Below, piece by piece: positions 38,420-51,410 of a stretch of 64,000 bases of DNA; positions within the stretch are counted from its first letter, which is position 1, and each line of letters begins with the position of its first letter. The translations under genes were made by a program, and so were the position numbers. The notes under the pieces were generated by a model that had not been told where the DNA came from, did no database searches, and saw only the letters and a list, made by a program, of their open reading frames with translations. Source of the stretch: Felis catus (Eukaryota); assembly GCF_018350175.1 (NCBI RefSeq), contig NC_058382.1, forward strand, positions 54,004,001-54,068,000, read 5' to 3'.

Positions 38420-40133
38420 CGTGAAAATAAAGAATGGGATTTCTAAAATTCAAAAGCTTTCATGTGGCAAAGGAAACCATCCATAAAACAAAAACACAGC
38501 CCACTGAATGGGAGAAGATATTTGCAAATGACAATACATACATAAAGAACCCCTAAAACTCAACACCAAAAAACCAATCTAGTGAAAAATGGACAGCAAT
38601 CCTCAATAGACACATTTCCAAAAGAGACATTCAGATGGCCAGCAGACACACGAAAAGATGTTCGACATCCCTCCTCATCATCATTTGAAATGCAAATCAA
38701 AAACACAATGAGATACCACCTCACACCTGTCAGAATGGTTATTATTAAAAAGACAAGAAAAACAAGTGTTGGCGAGGATGTAGGCAAAAGGAACCCTCAT
38801 GCACTGTTGGCCGGAATGGAAACTGGCGCAGCCACTGTGGAAAACAGTATGCAGTTTCCTCAAAAAAATTAAAACCTGAACTACTATGCGATCCAGAAAC
38901 TCTACCTCTGGTATTTAACGTAACAAAAGAAAATGAAAGCGCTAACTTGAAAATATATATGCACCCCTATGTTCACTGCACCATTATTTACAATAACCAT
39001 GATAAGGGAGCGGCCCAAGTGTCATTGATAGACGAATCGATGAAGATGTGGGACACGCGTGCGCACACACACACACACACACACGCACATAGGCATACAC
39101 ACACACACATGCATGCACACACATATACACACACATACACACACACACGCACACACACACACGCACATAGGCATATACACACACACATGCATGCACATAT
39201 ACACACACACGCACATAGGCATATACACACACATGCATGCACACACATACACACACACATGTATGCACACACGCACATAGGCATACACACACACATGTAT
39301 GCACACACATATACACACACACACGCACATAGGCATATACACACACACATGCATGCACACACATATACACACACATACACACACACACGCACATAGGCAT
39401 ATACACACACACACATGCATGCACACACATATACACACACACGCACATAGGCATATACACACACATGCATGCACACACATACACACACACATGCATGCAC
39501 ACACGCACATAGGCATACACACACATGCATGCACACACATATACACACACATACACACACACGCACATAGGCATATACACACACACATGCGTGCACACAC
39601 ATATACACACACATATACACACATGCATGCACATATACACACACACACACTGAAATATTATTCAGCCATAAAAAAGAATAAAATCTTGCCATTTGCAACA
39701 ACCTGGATGAGCCTAGAGGGTGTTACGCTAAGTGAAATCAAGTCAGACAGAGAAAGACAAATACTGTATGATCTCATTTATAAGTAGAATCTAAAAAACA
39801 AATGAATAAACAAAATAAAACAGAAATAGGATACCACAAACAAACTGGTGTTTGCCAGCAGGTAAAGGGGTGTCGGGGGGATGGACAAACTAGGTAAAGG
39901 GGATTAAGAGGTACAAACTTCCAGTTATAAAATAGGTAAGTCACAGTGATGTAAAATACAGCATAAGGAATATAGGTGATTACATCGTAATAATTTTGTA
40001 TGGTGACAGATGGTAACTAGACTTACTGTGGTGATCATTTCATAATGTTTACAAACGTGAGATCACTATGTTGTACACCTGTAACTAATATGGCATGTCA
40101 ACTACACTTCAATTAACCAAAAAAAAAAAAAAA
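38420..40133 (+). mobile_element. L1MA9-like 5'-truncated L1 with internal minisatellite
   Basis: ORF2 end (GAATGGGAGAAGATATTTGCAAAT; ATGAGATACCACCTCACACCTGTCAGAATGG), an L1MA9-type 3' UTR (GGGGATTAAGAGGTACAAACTTCCAGTTATAAAATA..GGTGACAGATGGTAACTAGACTTA) and poly(A). Confidence 0.92.
39053..39650. repeat. Compound CA-rich minisatellite (9 units carrying GCACATAGGCAT)
   Basis: ATAGGC occurs at 39089, 39167, 39215, 39277, 39329, 39393, 39447, 39509 and 39567. Confidence 0.97.
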
Positions 40134-41054
40134 GGAGTAAATTCCACAAAGAACATACAGAGAGAATGGATAGAGCAAAGGCCCTAAAGGAGGATCGAAC
40201 TTGGCTGGTTTGAGGGATGAGGAAAAAGGACAGGATGATAAGAGACACCAAAGTTGGAGATTAGAAGCCCGTGGGGTCAGAGGAGAGATGAGATCATACA
40301 AGTCCTCACAGATGTGATAAGGAGTTTGGATTTCTTTCTAAGGGTGATGAGAAGGCATTCGGTTGTTTCCAATCAGGTAGAGATATATTTGTGTGAGCTT
40401 CTGGAGAGGACTGGGTTGCGGGTGAGCAAGAGGAGAGCAGGGTTAAGAAGGCCTTTCAGGAATCCAGATGGGAGACAGAGGCTCGGGCAGAGGAGGTGGC
40501 ATGCCAATGGGGCAAAGTGGCCAGCTGGGGGACCTATTTCGGACGTAGAGCTAATAGGGCTGACCACATATACACGGGACGTGTGGACTTGGTCACTCGT
40601 TGTAAAAATATCCCCCCAAATATTTGCTTTCTAATATTTTTATTACTTATGTGTCCCTATACTGAAACTGAAGGCAAAAATGGGACAGACAATCGCAAGC
40701 ACAATATCTAATATGTGGAGGAAAACCTTAGACGATGGGACTATCAGATCTCTTGGCAGTGGCCTCCAAGGAAGGCAGGCAGGCAGGCATTCCCGACCTA
40801 CATAAGCTACCTGTAACTCATATAAGAAATATCAAGGCCTGGAAGCTAGTGGGCAAAGTTCCATGGGAGTCTAAGAACTGACGGAAAGTAAAAGGCTTCA
40901 AATAAGGAAACTAGTAATTTGCTTCCTGGAAAGAACCACAGGCATAGAAGGAGAAATAAATCAGTTGCCATCAAAGAACAGAAAAAACAACGTTCGGGAA
41001 AGGAAAAGCTAAAATTCCCACACCCATCTCGCAGAAAAAGGGCTTATTCGCTTT

Positions 41055-41247
41055 GTTGTTTAAGCTTATTTATTTTGAGAAAGAGGGAACATGGGGGAGG
41101 GGCAGAGAGAGAGGGAGAGAGAGAATCCCAAGCAGGCTCTGTGCCATCAGCATAGTGCCCAACATGGGACCTGATCCCATGAACCATGAGATCATGACCT
41201 GAGCCGAGATCAAGAGTCGGACACTAAACCAACTGAGCTGCCACCCA
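41055..41247 (-). mobile_element. Feliform Can-SINE
   Basis: TTTATTTTGAGA..GAGAGAGAATCCCAAGCAGGCTC..GAGATCATGACCTGAGCCGAGATCAAGAGTCGGAC. Confidence 0.93.
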
Positions 41248-42100
41248 CCTTGACGACACTTTCAACGGTCAAGTCAAATAGATCGAGCTAACTACGTGCA
41301 AGGTGCTGTTACATCTGTTACTACTTTAACTGATACTGTCACCTGTGAGGGATGTGAAACAGTCTTGAGCAAGGTAAGTCAGCCTACAAGTGACAAAACT
41401 GGATTCAAAACCATACTTGGGGCTTCAAGCCACTGTTCTTTCCACACTGAGATAATTCTTGTGACGTGGATACTCCAGAGCTCCGTCCCACATATTCATG
41501 AGAAAGTACATTTCCTCCAGGACCTGCAGATCTTAATCACAAAGAGCCCCTCTCCTGAAGGCAACCACAACTCCCTGGAAGAATCGGCTTTTCTTTGCCT
41601 TTTCTAGAACTTAGCATTTTAAATACAGCCCTTTACCAGTAACTGTTGAGGTCAGAAGGGTGGAATGAGGGAATAAGGGAATGATGAGGGGAACGATTTT
41701 AAGAACAGATGGCAAAATATTTTTTTTCAATACGTGGCAAAAAAAAAAAAGCAAAGCAGAAAGCAAATGACAAAGAGGAAAAAATATTTTCAGCCTACAG
41801 CACAATAAAGGTAACATCCCAAATATATTGAAAGCTTCTATAAATAGAGAAAGAAAACCCAACAATCCTGTAGGAAAAAAAATAAATAAATAAAACAGGA
41901 GATACAGGAGTCACAGGAAAAGAAATATAATAACTCTTAAATGTGTGAAAAAGTGCTCACTCTTGCTAATAAAAGAAAAATGAAAAGTAAAACTATAGCT
42001 AAATAGAATTTCACACCTATTATGTTCACAGCTAAATAGAATTTCATGCCTATGAAGGTCGACTGCATACATACATACACACACTCACATGCATGCACGT

Positions 42101-42101
<1 letters not shown>

Positions 42102-42138
<37 letters not shown>
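42102..42138. repeat. (CA)n microsatellite
   Basis: Seen directly. Confidence 0.99.
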
Positions 42139-42140
<2 letters not shown>

Positions 42141-43321
42141 TGTTGGTGAGGGAAAAACGAGCTTTAATACTTGTGGCAGCATTTTCAGATGGTACAACCC
42201 CTATATCAAAGATTTGTAAATGTCTAGCACAGTTACACATGCATTTACCCTTTTAGTCAGAAACGCCAAAGATGTGCTGGCAAAAAATAAGATGATTTGA
42301 GCAAATTCATCACTGAAGCTCTGCTTGTAATAGCAAAGAACTACAAACAATACAAATGTCCATCAATAAGTAGCTAGTTGGATAAATCACCATGCAATTA
42401 TAAAAAGGAATAAAAGAGATCTATATACAGTTCTTCAGTGGTCATTAGAAAATACTGTTAATTTCAAAAAAATGCAAGGAGCAGATAAGCCTGTAGGGTA
42501 TATTTCCTCTTATTTAAGAAAGGAAATGTGTGCGTGAGTGAAGCTGCTTATAATTTTAAAAATGCAGGCACAGAGAAGTTCCTGTATTTTTTTCAAAGTG
42601 CCATGTACGGACAAGTGAAAGAACAGAATGGATAGTCAGGGTAAAAGTTAGACTTCTCTGAATTTATCTTGTTTTTCAGACGTGCCTCTAAAGCTATGTA
42701 AATGTTTTACCAAGTTGTGTTAAAACAATTAAATGAGAATAAGAAAAAATACCTCAAAATTGGAAACTGAACGAAACAAAGAACCTAAGTATACATGACA
42801 TAATCAAAAGACATTATTTGAAGTGACTTGAAAATACAATAGTTTGACCATGAGACTCAATCCTAAGGTCAGAAAGAACTGCAAAGAAATATTTGTTTTG
42901 GGCATTTGAACTGTCAGTGTGAACTCAACATATCTGTTCATAAAAATATGTTTTTCTTAGAGCTGTCTTCAGAAAAGGCCTGTGTATAATGACCAACCAA
43001 ATACAAAGAGCCCAGAGTCCAGATCTGGTCTCAAAACACCTTTTCTCACTGGTAGAAAGCACTTGTTCCTTGCAGAAATGGCTGATTGCAAATCTAAGCA
43101 CAGGAAATGAACAAGATGAGCCAGAGACAAATAGGAAAGCACGAGTCACCAAGACTTCTGGGATCACATCAAAGGACACAGAAGCCAACTTGAAAGAAAT
43201 TCCATTGGCCAAAGATGGGGCAACTTGAGCGTAAAAAGAACAGTAGCTGCCATTGATTTAAACATATCAATCTGTTAAAATTCGTGTGTTTATAATTATA
43301 TTCTTTTTAAAAGTTTGTCAT

Positions 43322-43668
43322 TGCTATGGTTTGAATGTTTGTATCCACTCTCTAAATCCATACGTTGAAATAAGAATGCTCAGTGTGACCGCTTTGAAGT
43401 TGAGCTTTTAAGAGGTACTTACGTCATGTGGACAAACACCCTCCTGGGTGAAATTGGTATTCTCACGTAATAGATCCTACAGAGACCCCTAACCTCTTTA
43501 CCATGTGAGGACTCAAGAAATCTGAAACCCAGAGGATGGCCTTCAACTGACCATGCTTTCACCCTGATCTTGGATTTCTAGCCTCCCAAACTGAGAAATA
43601 AATTTCTCTTGTTTATAAGCCACCCGGTCTACAGTATTTTGTTAGAACAGCCTGAATGAACTAAGACA
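43322..43668 (+). mobile_element. MLT1A solo LTR
   Basis: TGCTATGGTTTGAATGTTTGT..AAATAAATTTCTCTTGTTTATAAGCCACCC..AACTAAGACA. TSD GTCAT/GTCAC. Confidence 0.93.
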
Positions 43669-43788
43669 GTCACTGCTGGAGGATGCTGGGAAGCTAACTC
43701 ATTATTTTGAAAAGTGAAAAATAAAGAGGATAGAAATCAAGTATTTACCCTCCCTCTCCAATATGAGTTCTCCCTCACGGCAACTTTA

Positions 43789-44012
43789 TTTTTTTTTTAA
43801 TTTTTTTTTAACATTTATTTATTTTTGAGACAGAGAGAGACAGAGCATGAACGGGGAAGGGGCAGAGAGAGAGTGAGACACAGAATCGGAAGCAGGCTCC
43901 AGGCTCTGAGCCATCAGCCCAGAGCCCGATGCGGGGCTCGAACTCACGGACCGCCAGATCGTGACCTGAGCTGAAGTCGGACGCTCAACCGACTGAGCCA
44001 CCCAGGGGCCCC
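43789..44012 (-). mobile_element. Young SINEC_Fc
   Basis: CpG-intact body with a perfect 18-bp TSD TCCCTCACGGCAACTTTA at 43771-43788 and 44013-44030. Confidence 0.98.
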
Positions 44013-45383
44013 TCCCTCACGGCAACTTTAAAAGAATAAGAGAGGGAGGGGAAAATAAAAGTTCTCCTTTTCTGAAGAATTCCAGGTTAAACAATGCAAC
44101 AGAGATAGACACAGGAGGACATCACCACTCTGCAACATTTGATAAACCTTTGATGGATCTAGACAATCATTATCAAAGGCCAATTAAGCTTTCAGGTGGG
44201 AAACCGGTGGGAAGTTTTATAAAGGGATGGAGTGAGTTGACCATATCTGAATCCACCAACAAATTTTAACACCCAAAAAGAGATACAAGCAGACATGATG
44301 TACCTCCTGACGCAAGTGCTCAACACCTCCTATGAGATGAAGATTTTAAAGGGAGAATCAAAAAGAATCAGGAAGCCATCAGTGACTGGATCATCACATG
44401 TTATTGATATCCCAGCAATCTCAGATATTGTAAATAGATTTCTAATCCTCTGATGGCTTGCATGACCCTGTATGACAGAAAAAGATGCCACGATCAAGCA
44501 GATTTTTACCCTAGAAATACAAGGGCAGTTCAAGACTAGAAAATAATCATTTCAAGTGATATGGGTAAAACATTTTATGAAACTTAAATACTCATGACAT
44601 AATCTTAGGAAACTAGGAAGAAAAGGAAACACTTTTAATCTGATACAAAGTGATTTCTAAAAACCTAATATATTAGAAAAGTAAATAAAAAAATAAAAAC
44701 CTACTATAAAATGCATACTTAATTGTGAAATATTAGAAACATTGTTTTTAAAGTCAGGAAATGGACAAATATGTCCTATGATCACTTTTATTCCTTTGTT
44801 CTGGAGGTCTTAGTTCCTGAGGTAGTCCAAGAGATGGAAATAAGAGTTAAAAATTAGGAATAAAAAGAAAAAAAAATGATTTTATATACAAATTACACAT
44901 CATCCTATGGCTTACCCAGTAAAACAAAACTACTGCAGTGAAAAGGATAAAATTATCCACAAGCAAGATTTCTGGATAAGATTCCAAAATAAAAATAAAT
45001 AAGTAACATTCCTATAAACCAGCACTCACCAATTTAGAAAGTACTAGAAATTAGTACTTAGAAATTAGAAAACAATTCAAGGTGTTTAATTATTACAAAG
45101 AAATAAAGCTATAAAAATGTATATGACTTGTGGAGGAAATACAATAAAATTCACAGAAAGATATAAAAATTTATAAATGGAGATATATACTGCATTTATA
45201 AATGAGAAAAATTAATGCCACTAAAAATCCAAGTCTCTCCAAATTAATCTATAAATTCAATACAGTTACAATTAAAATCCCAACAGGGTTTTTCATGGAG
45301 TTGACAAACAAATCCTAAAATTCATATTGAGGAGAAAGATCCAAGAACTGCAAAGACAACTGTGAAGAATAAGAAGAGGAAAT

Positions 45384-45839
45384 TGTTCCAATATATATTG
45401 TTGTGTAATAAACTGCCTCAATCTAAGTTGTTTGAAACAACAATTTATTTTGCTCACAAATCTACAGTTTGGGCAGATCTCGGTGGAAACCTCTCTTCTC
45501 TGCCCCAGGAGGCAGCAGCAGAAGCCGAAAGCACTGCTGAGGGCTGCCGTCATCTAAAAGCTCATTAACTCACCTGTATTGCCGTTTATGCTGGCTGATG
45601 GCTGGGACCTAGGCTTCTGGGCTGGTGGCTGCAACACGTGTACTTGGCCCCTAAACGTGGCCGCTTGGCTTCCTCACAATATGGTGGCTCAGTCCTGATC
45701 TAGCCTTAAAAGTCACACATCACTTCCACTATATCCTATCTGTTTGAAATAGCAAAGCCTTTGCAGAACCAAGAAGTGGGGAATCAGACCTTTGGGAGAA
45801 GTGTCAAAGAATATTCAGACAATTTTTAAAACCACCACA
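45384..45839 (-). mobile_element. MLT1G/H-like solo LTR inside L1
   Basis: TATTGTTGTGTAATAAACTGCC..TTTATTTTGCTCACAAATCT..CTTCCTCACAATATGGTGGCT..TTTTAAAACCACCACA. Confidence 0.8.
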
Positions 45840-45896
45840 GGTATGTTCCCATAAGACATGATAGTTAAATTATAGAAATTAAACATAACATAGCAT

Positions 45897-46080
45897 GAGA
45901 TGGGATGGAATGATTTAAGATGGGATGGGATGGGATGGGAAGGAATGGTTTGGGATGGGATGATTTGGATGGGATAGGATGAAATGGAGATGGGGTAGAA
46001 TGGGATGGGATAGGACGGGATAGGATGGGATACAATGTGATGGGATGGAATGAAACGGAGATGGGATAGGATGGGGTGGA
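45897..46080. repeat. Degenerate (GGGAT/GGAAT)n pentanucleotide repeat
   Basis: Seen directly. Confidence 0.95.
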
Positions 46081-46850
46081 GAACCAAGAAAAAGAGTCAC
46101 ACGTACATGGATACTTGATACAACAAGGGTTGACATTAGCAACTGGTAAGGAAGTGATGGACTATTCATTTAAATTTGCCACAAATGATATTCATTTAGG
46201 GAAGAAATAAAATGAGATCCTTACTTTATACAACAGAAAAATTAATTCTAGCTGAAATCAATGTGCAAAACCTAAAGACAAAAATCAAAACTTGAACAAA
46301 AAAGATGTATAAAATAAAATATTTATACTCACTGGTAGCAAATTATTTCTTAAACGAGACATCAAAAAGCACCAATTATAAAGAAACAGATGGTGAATTC
46401 TGACTAAAAGTAAATTATCAGTTTCTATATAACTACCGATACCATTAAAATGTAAAAGGTCAATTGTCCTTAACTGACAGTTGGTTAGTATCAGAATTTA
46501 TAAAGAACACTTAATATTCAATAAGGAAAAGGTACATAACTCAATAGAAAAAAACAGCAAAAGCTACAAGCATTTAGTTCATAAGAAAGGAAACATGATA
46601 AAAAAATACATGAGAGGTTCCACACATCTGCATTTATCAAGGAGATGTAGTTAAACACCAGGAAAATACCATTTTTTTACCCAAAAACCTGGCACATATA
46701 ATTAATCACAGTATCAGATGTGGGAGGGATCATGAGTACACTAATGGTAAATGTGTATTTTGGCAACATGACAGCATCTAGTAAGATTAAAAACACCCAA
46801 ACCTTGGCAAACGGCAACCTACTTCTCTGAGGTATATACTTCAGAGAAAT

Positions 46851-46855
46851 GCTCG

Positions 46856-46894
<39 letters not shown>

Positions 46895-46911
46895 TCTCTC
46901 TCACACACACA
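46851..46911. repeat. (TC)n(CA)n compound microsatellite
   Basis: Seen directly. Confidence 0.95.
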
Positions 46912-49139
46912 AAAATTAACAAACATGTTAATGGTTTGTGAGAACAAAATAAGCAAATACATAAATAAGTAAGAGAAAACACTTAAGTGTTCATCAGGAG
47001 AGAAACAGATAAATTATGTTATAGTCAAATAATGAAAAATTCAACACTTAAATGAAAGGACTTGATTTATAAGTATGTTGAATTTTAAAAGCATGTTGCT
47101 GAAGGATAAGGACTGCATAATATACCACTAATGCATTTTCATACCATATATTATCTCTTGATATGTACTGATGTAGTAAATGTATAAAAATTATGGAAGT
47201 GAAGGATATGTGCCAAGACAAATTCTCTGGGAAGCAGAGAAGGGAAATGTGGCTGCTGGGGACAGATAGGAGACTTCACTGATATGTCACGTTTTATACC
47301 ATAATAATAATTATAAATACAAAAACCTGAAGCAAAAACATCAAAATGTTGCATTTTATTATTTCTAGTTAATGGACAGGGGTATTTGTTATATTACTTC
47401 CATAATTAGCTCATTTATATTAAACATGGTAAGTGCCAAGAAATTTAGTTATTGGACTCTTGGTGGTAAATCGAAGAAACTCAAGTCGCCCAGGTTAGAT
47501 ACAAATGGAATATTTTGACTCCGAGAATCTCACGGCAGTGTGAGGGACCAACCCTGAGAAGAACACAATTTCAGCAAATCTTAGAAACCAACTTGAACCA
47601 AGAAGGGCGAATGCCACCCGGACTCTCTCACCTGCTCTGATGTCTGCATCTTTCTGCCTGGTAACGGTGCCATTCTTACCACACCAGTACTGGTCCTACA
47701 GCCGGTACTGTTACGTCAGCAGCAATGGGCACTGATAGAGTGCCTACTGTGTACACAGCAACGGTCTAAGCACATCACCTTTAGTAACTAATTTAATCCT
47801 CAGAACAGTACCACTTTATGGATGGGGAAACCAAGGCTAAGAAAGATGAAATAACTTGCTCAAGCCACACAGCCGGTAAAGAGTTAAAAAGGCATTAAAC
47901 CCAGGCAGCTATTATGATGATGATTATTATTCCTAATCACTGGAAATGGATTTTTACCAACTTGTAGAAATCTGAGTATTGAGGATTTTTTACGTATATT
48001 TTCTTCATCTCACACTCTCCACTACTGGAAGAACAAAGGTGCTCCTTCCGGCCTCACGTTTAAAAGTCCAAGGGAAGGGCTGTGGTTAACTGATGCAGCT
48101 CAGATGCTGCTCTCAGACCAATCATCCATGGCCTGTAGGCGGCAGCGCAAGGGGTACAAGAAGCATGAAACACAATGGAAGTTTCCATGGAAACTATAAA
48201 GTTAGAGCAGGAAAAGAGATGACCAGAAAAAATAAAGACAGGTTCCTAAGGCGGTAGAGGTTAAATAGATAAGTAATAGATGCCCATTACATTTTGGCAT
48301 GGCATTAAATATGGAGTTGGTTGTTTTTTTATAACTTTTCTGTTTTATCTAAAATGTGTAAAATGAGCAAGTATTGTTTTATTGCTTAAAAAAAATGTAA
48401 GTTCTTTCAGCAGCTGCCCCTCCTTTGAATTCTTCTCCTCTTCTCTTTTCTCTCCCCAGAAACAGATTCTGGCACTTTGTGTTGGTGGATGAATGGAGTC
48501 AATGTCTCCTACACAGTCTCTGAATTCCTCCAAAGTGTCGAAAATATTCTCTGCAAACATCCCATAGTGAAGAAATTAGGAAAGTTCTTAAAGGTCACGT
48601 TTAAAAGTTGTTTTAAATGATTGTTTTATTTTCTTTATATTTGGAATGGTGCCCAAACAGATAGAAACAGTGCATTATAGATACAGAGGCATTGGTTCAA
48701 ACCTTGGCTCTGATACTAACTGGGAAATAATTATGAACATGTCTTAATCTTTTTTATCTTAAGTTCATCACTTTAAAATGGGGTAATAATAATTTCACAG
48801 GATTGGGGGGTGGCAGATGGTATCTAGAAGGGAGAATATCAGAATGGTAAAAGTTTGGTCCAGGTGGTAAGGTAATCATAGATTTAGAGAAGAATCAGTC
48901 ACTTGTCCAGAAGAGCATCAGTGATCTTCCAGAAATTACACTTTCATGTAATTGGAGGTGCATTTCTAGGTTTAGCTCTCTTTATTCTTTTTTTTTTAAT
49001 TTTTTTTTTTAGTTCTCTTTATTCTAGGGGAGGGGTTAAGCCCCCTTAGACGTGGGCTCTGTCAGGGAATATGGCTCCTGGAGAAGGCATCTTCCCATGG
49101 TGTCTTTGCCTAGCATCCTTGCTAGACAATAACCGTCTG

Positions 49140-49216
49140 TATTTTATTTTATTTTATTTTATTTTATTTTATTTTATTTTATTTTATTTTATTTTATTTT
49201 ATTTTATTTTTATTTT
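49140..49216. repeat. (ATTTT)n, about 15 units
   Basis: Near-perfect pentamer run. Confidence 0.99.
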
Positions 49217-51119
49217 AGCATGTTTCTGCTAAAGTACATTCTCCTACACATCTGAAACCAGAGACCTAGGAAGAGCCTCCTATTCTCCTTTCTCGGCCAG
49301 GATTCAGCCCAAAGGCATTAAGAATGAGCTGTCTTCATTACGAATTTCTTCCAGCTACATTAGAGACACAGACAAGGTAGAAAGCTGTGTCTTAAGAGAG
49401 CGTTTTAGGTTCCGAGGGCCGTTATGCATTGTTTATACATGTGGTGGCCAAGAAGAAAAGATAGAAAAGCATCCCTGGGAGAGAAAGAGACTCCAAACTG
49501 GAAGGGCCTGGATCCTTTATCAGCAAGAAAGGCAAGAGGAGAACACAAGTTGAATGTTTGACTCATCTGCTGGGGACATTAATCTTTGAGACAGAGGGAG
49601 CAACAGTTCATTTCAAAGACTTAACAGAAGTTCGTGATTGCACTTATTCCCCAGACTGGGGTTCAGGGTGGTGTGGAGGGCCCATGAGGGTGAAGGAGGA
49701 GGAGAGTTAGAAGGTGATGCAGTCGTGGAGGTGATGGGAGTCTAAACTTGGAGGGTGCAGGTGAGGATTGAAGGAAGTGAGCCAACTCTAGAGACATCTA
49801 GGAGTCTGAGTGTGTGGGCTCTGCCATCATTCAGATGTGTGGAGCAAGGAAGAGACGGGTGTCAAAAATGAGTCCTCAACGACAGGCTGAAGCAGTTAGA
49901 GGGCTAACAGTACATTTATTGAACAGGGGTATCTGAACATAGTGGCCTGGCCCAGGGATGAGGAGCCCCCAGGGATAGCTCTAGACACCTAGGGCAAGTA
50001 TTCCTGTCCTTGTGGCAATGGAACGCCACAATAAATAAAACATATGGTCTCTCATGTAAATAATAGTCTCTTGTGAATCTGGTCAACCTAAGACATCCCC
50101 GCAGACCCCTGATAAGTCCAAAAATTGAGGATGGAGGACAGAATGGTTGGAATCATAGAAACCTCTCCCTTGTGACACCCCCTTTCCAGATTTAACACAG
50201 CCACCAGCACACCTTCTGTCCCTCTCTCTGTTCATGTCTGCAGGGAGCTGAGAGGTTAAGTCCCATAAATTATCACAAGAAGGGTGAAAATAAAATGCTA
50301 AGGGGAATTCAAAGAAAGGAGAAGTTGTCTGCATTGGGGAGGACAAGGGAGGTGACCTGGGGGTCAAAAGGCGAGCAGGATTTGGATCTGCAGAGAAGAA
50401 GACACCCACTTGATTTCAGAAGAAGACGGGAGAGGGTATCAGGATGAAAATTTGACACAAAAACGAGCACACAGTACCTCGCGTACAGTAGGTACTCTGG
50501 ACCTAGGTCGAAATCTTAACATCTTTCAAGTCACTTGTATCCCTTTGCTTATTTATGTACCTGCACTTGGAGCCCATATTTATAGTTAACATAGTCCTGT
50601 CCTCTCAGTACTGTTTGTCTTATATTGGGAACCACTTTTCTTTCTAATCCAGTAGCTCTTATTTGGGGCAGACGGACTTAAGAGACCATCATGCACTGGC
50701 AGGAAAGGCTAGAGCTGCTTCTGAGCTAGGTGGGCTGGGCCCGGAATGGGTCAAAGACGAGTAGCAAAAAGGAACAAAAGCTAGCCTATCTGTGGGCCTC
50801 ATGATTCTCTCCTAAGGAAAATCCCTCTGGCACCTATTAAATAAATTACCATTGAATGAATGAGCCAGGGAATGAATTAAGAGTCACTCATTTTAACAAT
50901 AATAGCTTATGTGTGTAAAGGGCTAACCTGTCACAGTCACTGCATGCAGTGATTTATATTCATACCGTCCTCTTTGGTTTTCCTCTTTTTAGAAACATGA
51001 AGTTACAGAACTTTCCTAATATCACACAGCTAATAAGAGATGAAACCAGGACACAAACCCATGTCTGCATTTATTGTAATCCCACTAATCCTGTTCTGGT
51101 ATCATGTTTTGTCCCCCAA

Positions 51120-51410
51120 ATATTCATTCGACAGATATTTATTGAGCACTTACTATGTGTCAGGCATCTCCTAGATAATTGAGGACAGACTGGTGAACTA
51201 GACAGACATGGACCTTGGAGTCGGGGAAACAAAAGAAGCAGGCAATGAGACACTAGTCACATCTGCAGCCCGTTACTTCGGCTCTGGACAGTTGCTACGA
51301 GAGGAAAATCAGGTGGAGTGGTGGGGGAGGATGGGGTGCGGGGCTACTTTTGATAGGGTGGTGGGGAAAGAAATCTCTGAAGTGGTGACATTTAGGTAAG
51401 ATCTGAAAGT
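51120..51410 (-). mobile_element. L2 3' end
   Basis: ATTCATTCGACAGATATTTATTGAGCACTTACTATGTGTCAGGCA..TTTTGATAGGGTGG..CTCTGAAGTGGTGACATTT. Confidence 0.85.

Larger units (their letters stand above)
41690..44360 (+). mobile_element. Old L1MC4/5-like 3' region, interrupted by (CA)n, MLT1A and a SINE
   Basis: GAAATGGCTGATTGCAAATCT..GCACAGGAAATGAACAAGATGAGCC..GAAGCCAACTTGAAAGAAATTCCATTGGCCAAAGATGGGGCAACTTGAGC is typical of the L1MC4/5 3' UTR. Confidence 0.8.
44480..47400 (+). mobile_element. Degraded L1ME-type ORF2/3' region (interrupted)
   Basis: Very A-rich. CTCTCCAAATTAATCTATAAATTCAATACAGTTACAATTAAAATCCCAACAGGGTTTTTCATGGAGTTGACAAACAAATCCTAAAATTCATAT is a classic L1 ORF2 segment. Confidence 0.85.

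Noticed and set aside
38582..38872. ORF containing [10 protein letters not shown]
   Set aside because: This is an L1 ORF2 C-terminal remnant in a truncated, disrupted L1MA9-like copy, not a host gene.
39053..39650. CRISPR-like repeat/spacer periodicity
   Set aside because: The DNA is mammalian, the inter-repeat segments are low-complexity CA runs rather than unique spacers, and there are no cas genes.
38947..39787. Multiple 150-240 aa His/Thr- and Cys/Val-rich ORFs
   Set aside because: These are translations of the stop-free CA-rich minisatellite.
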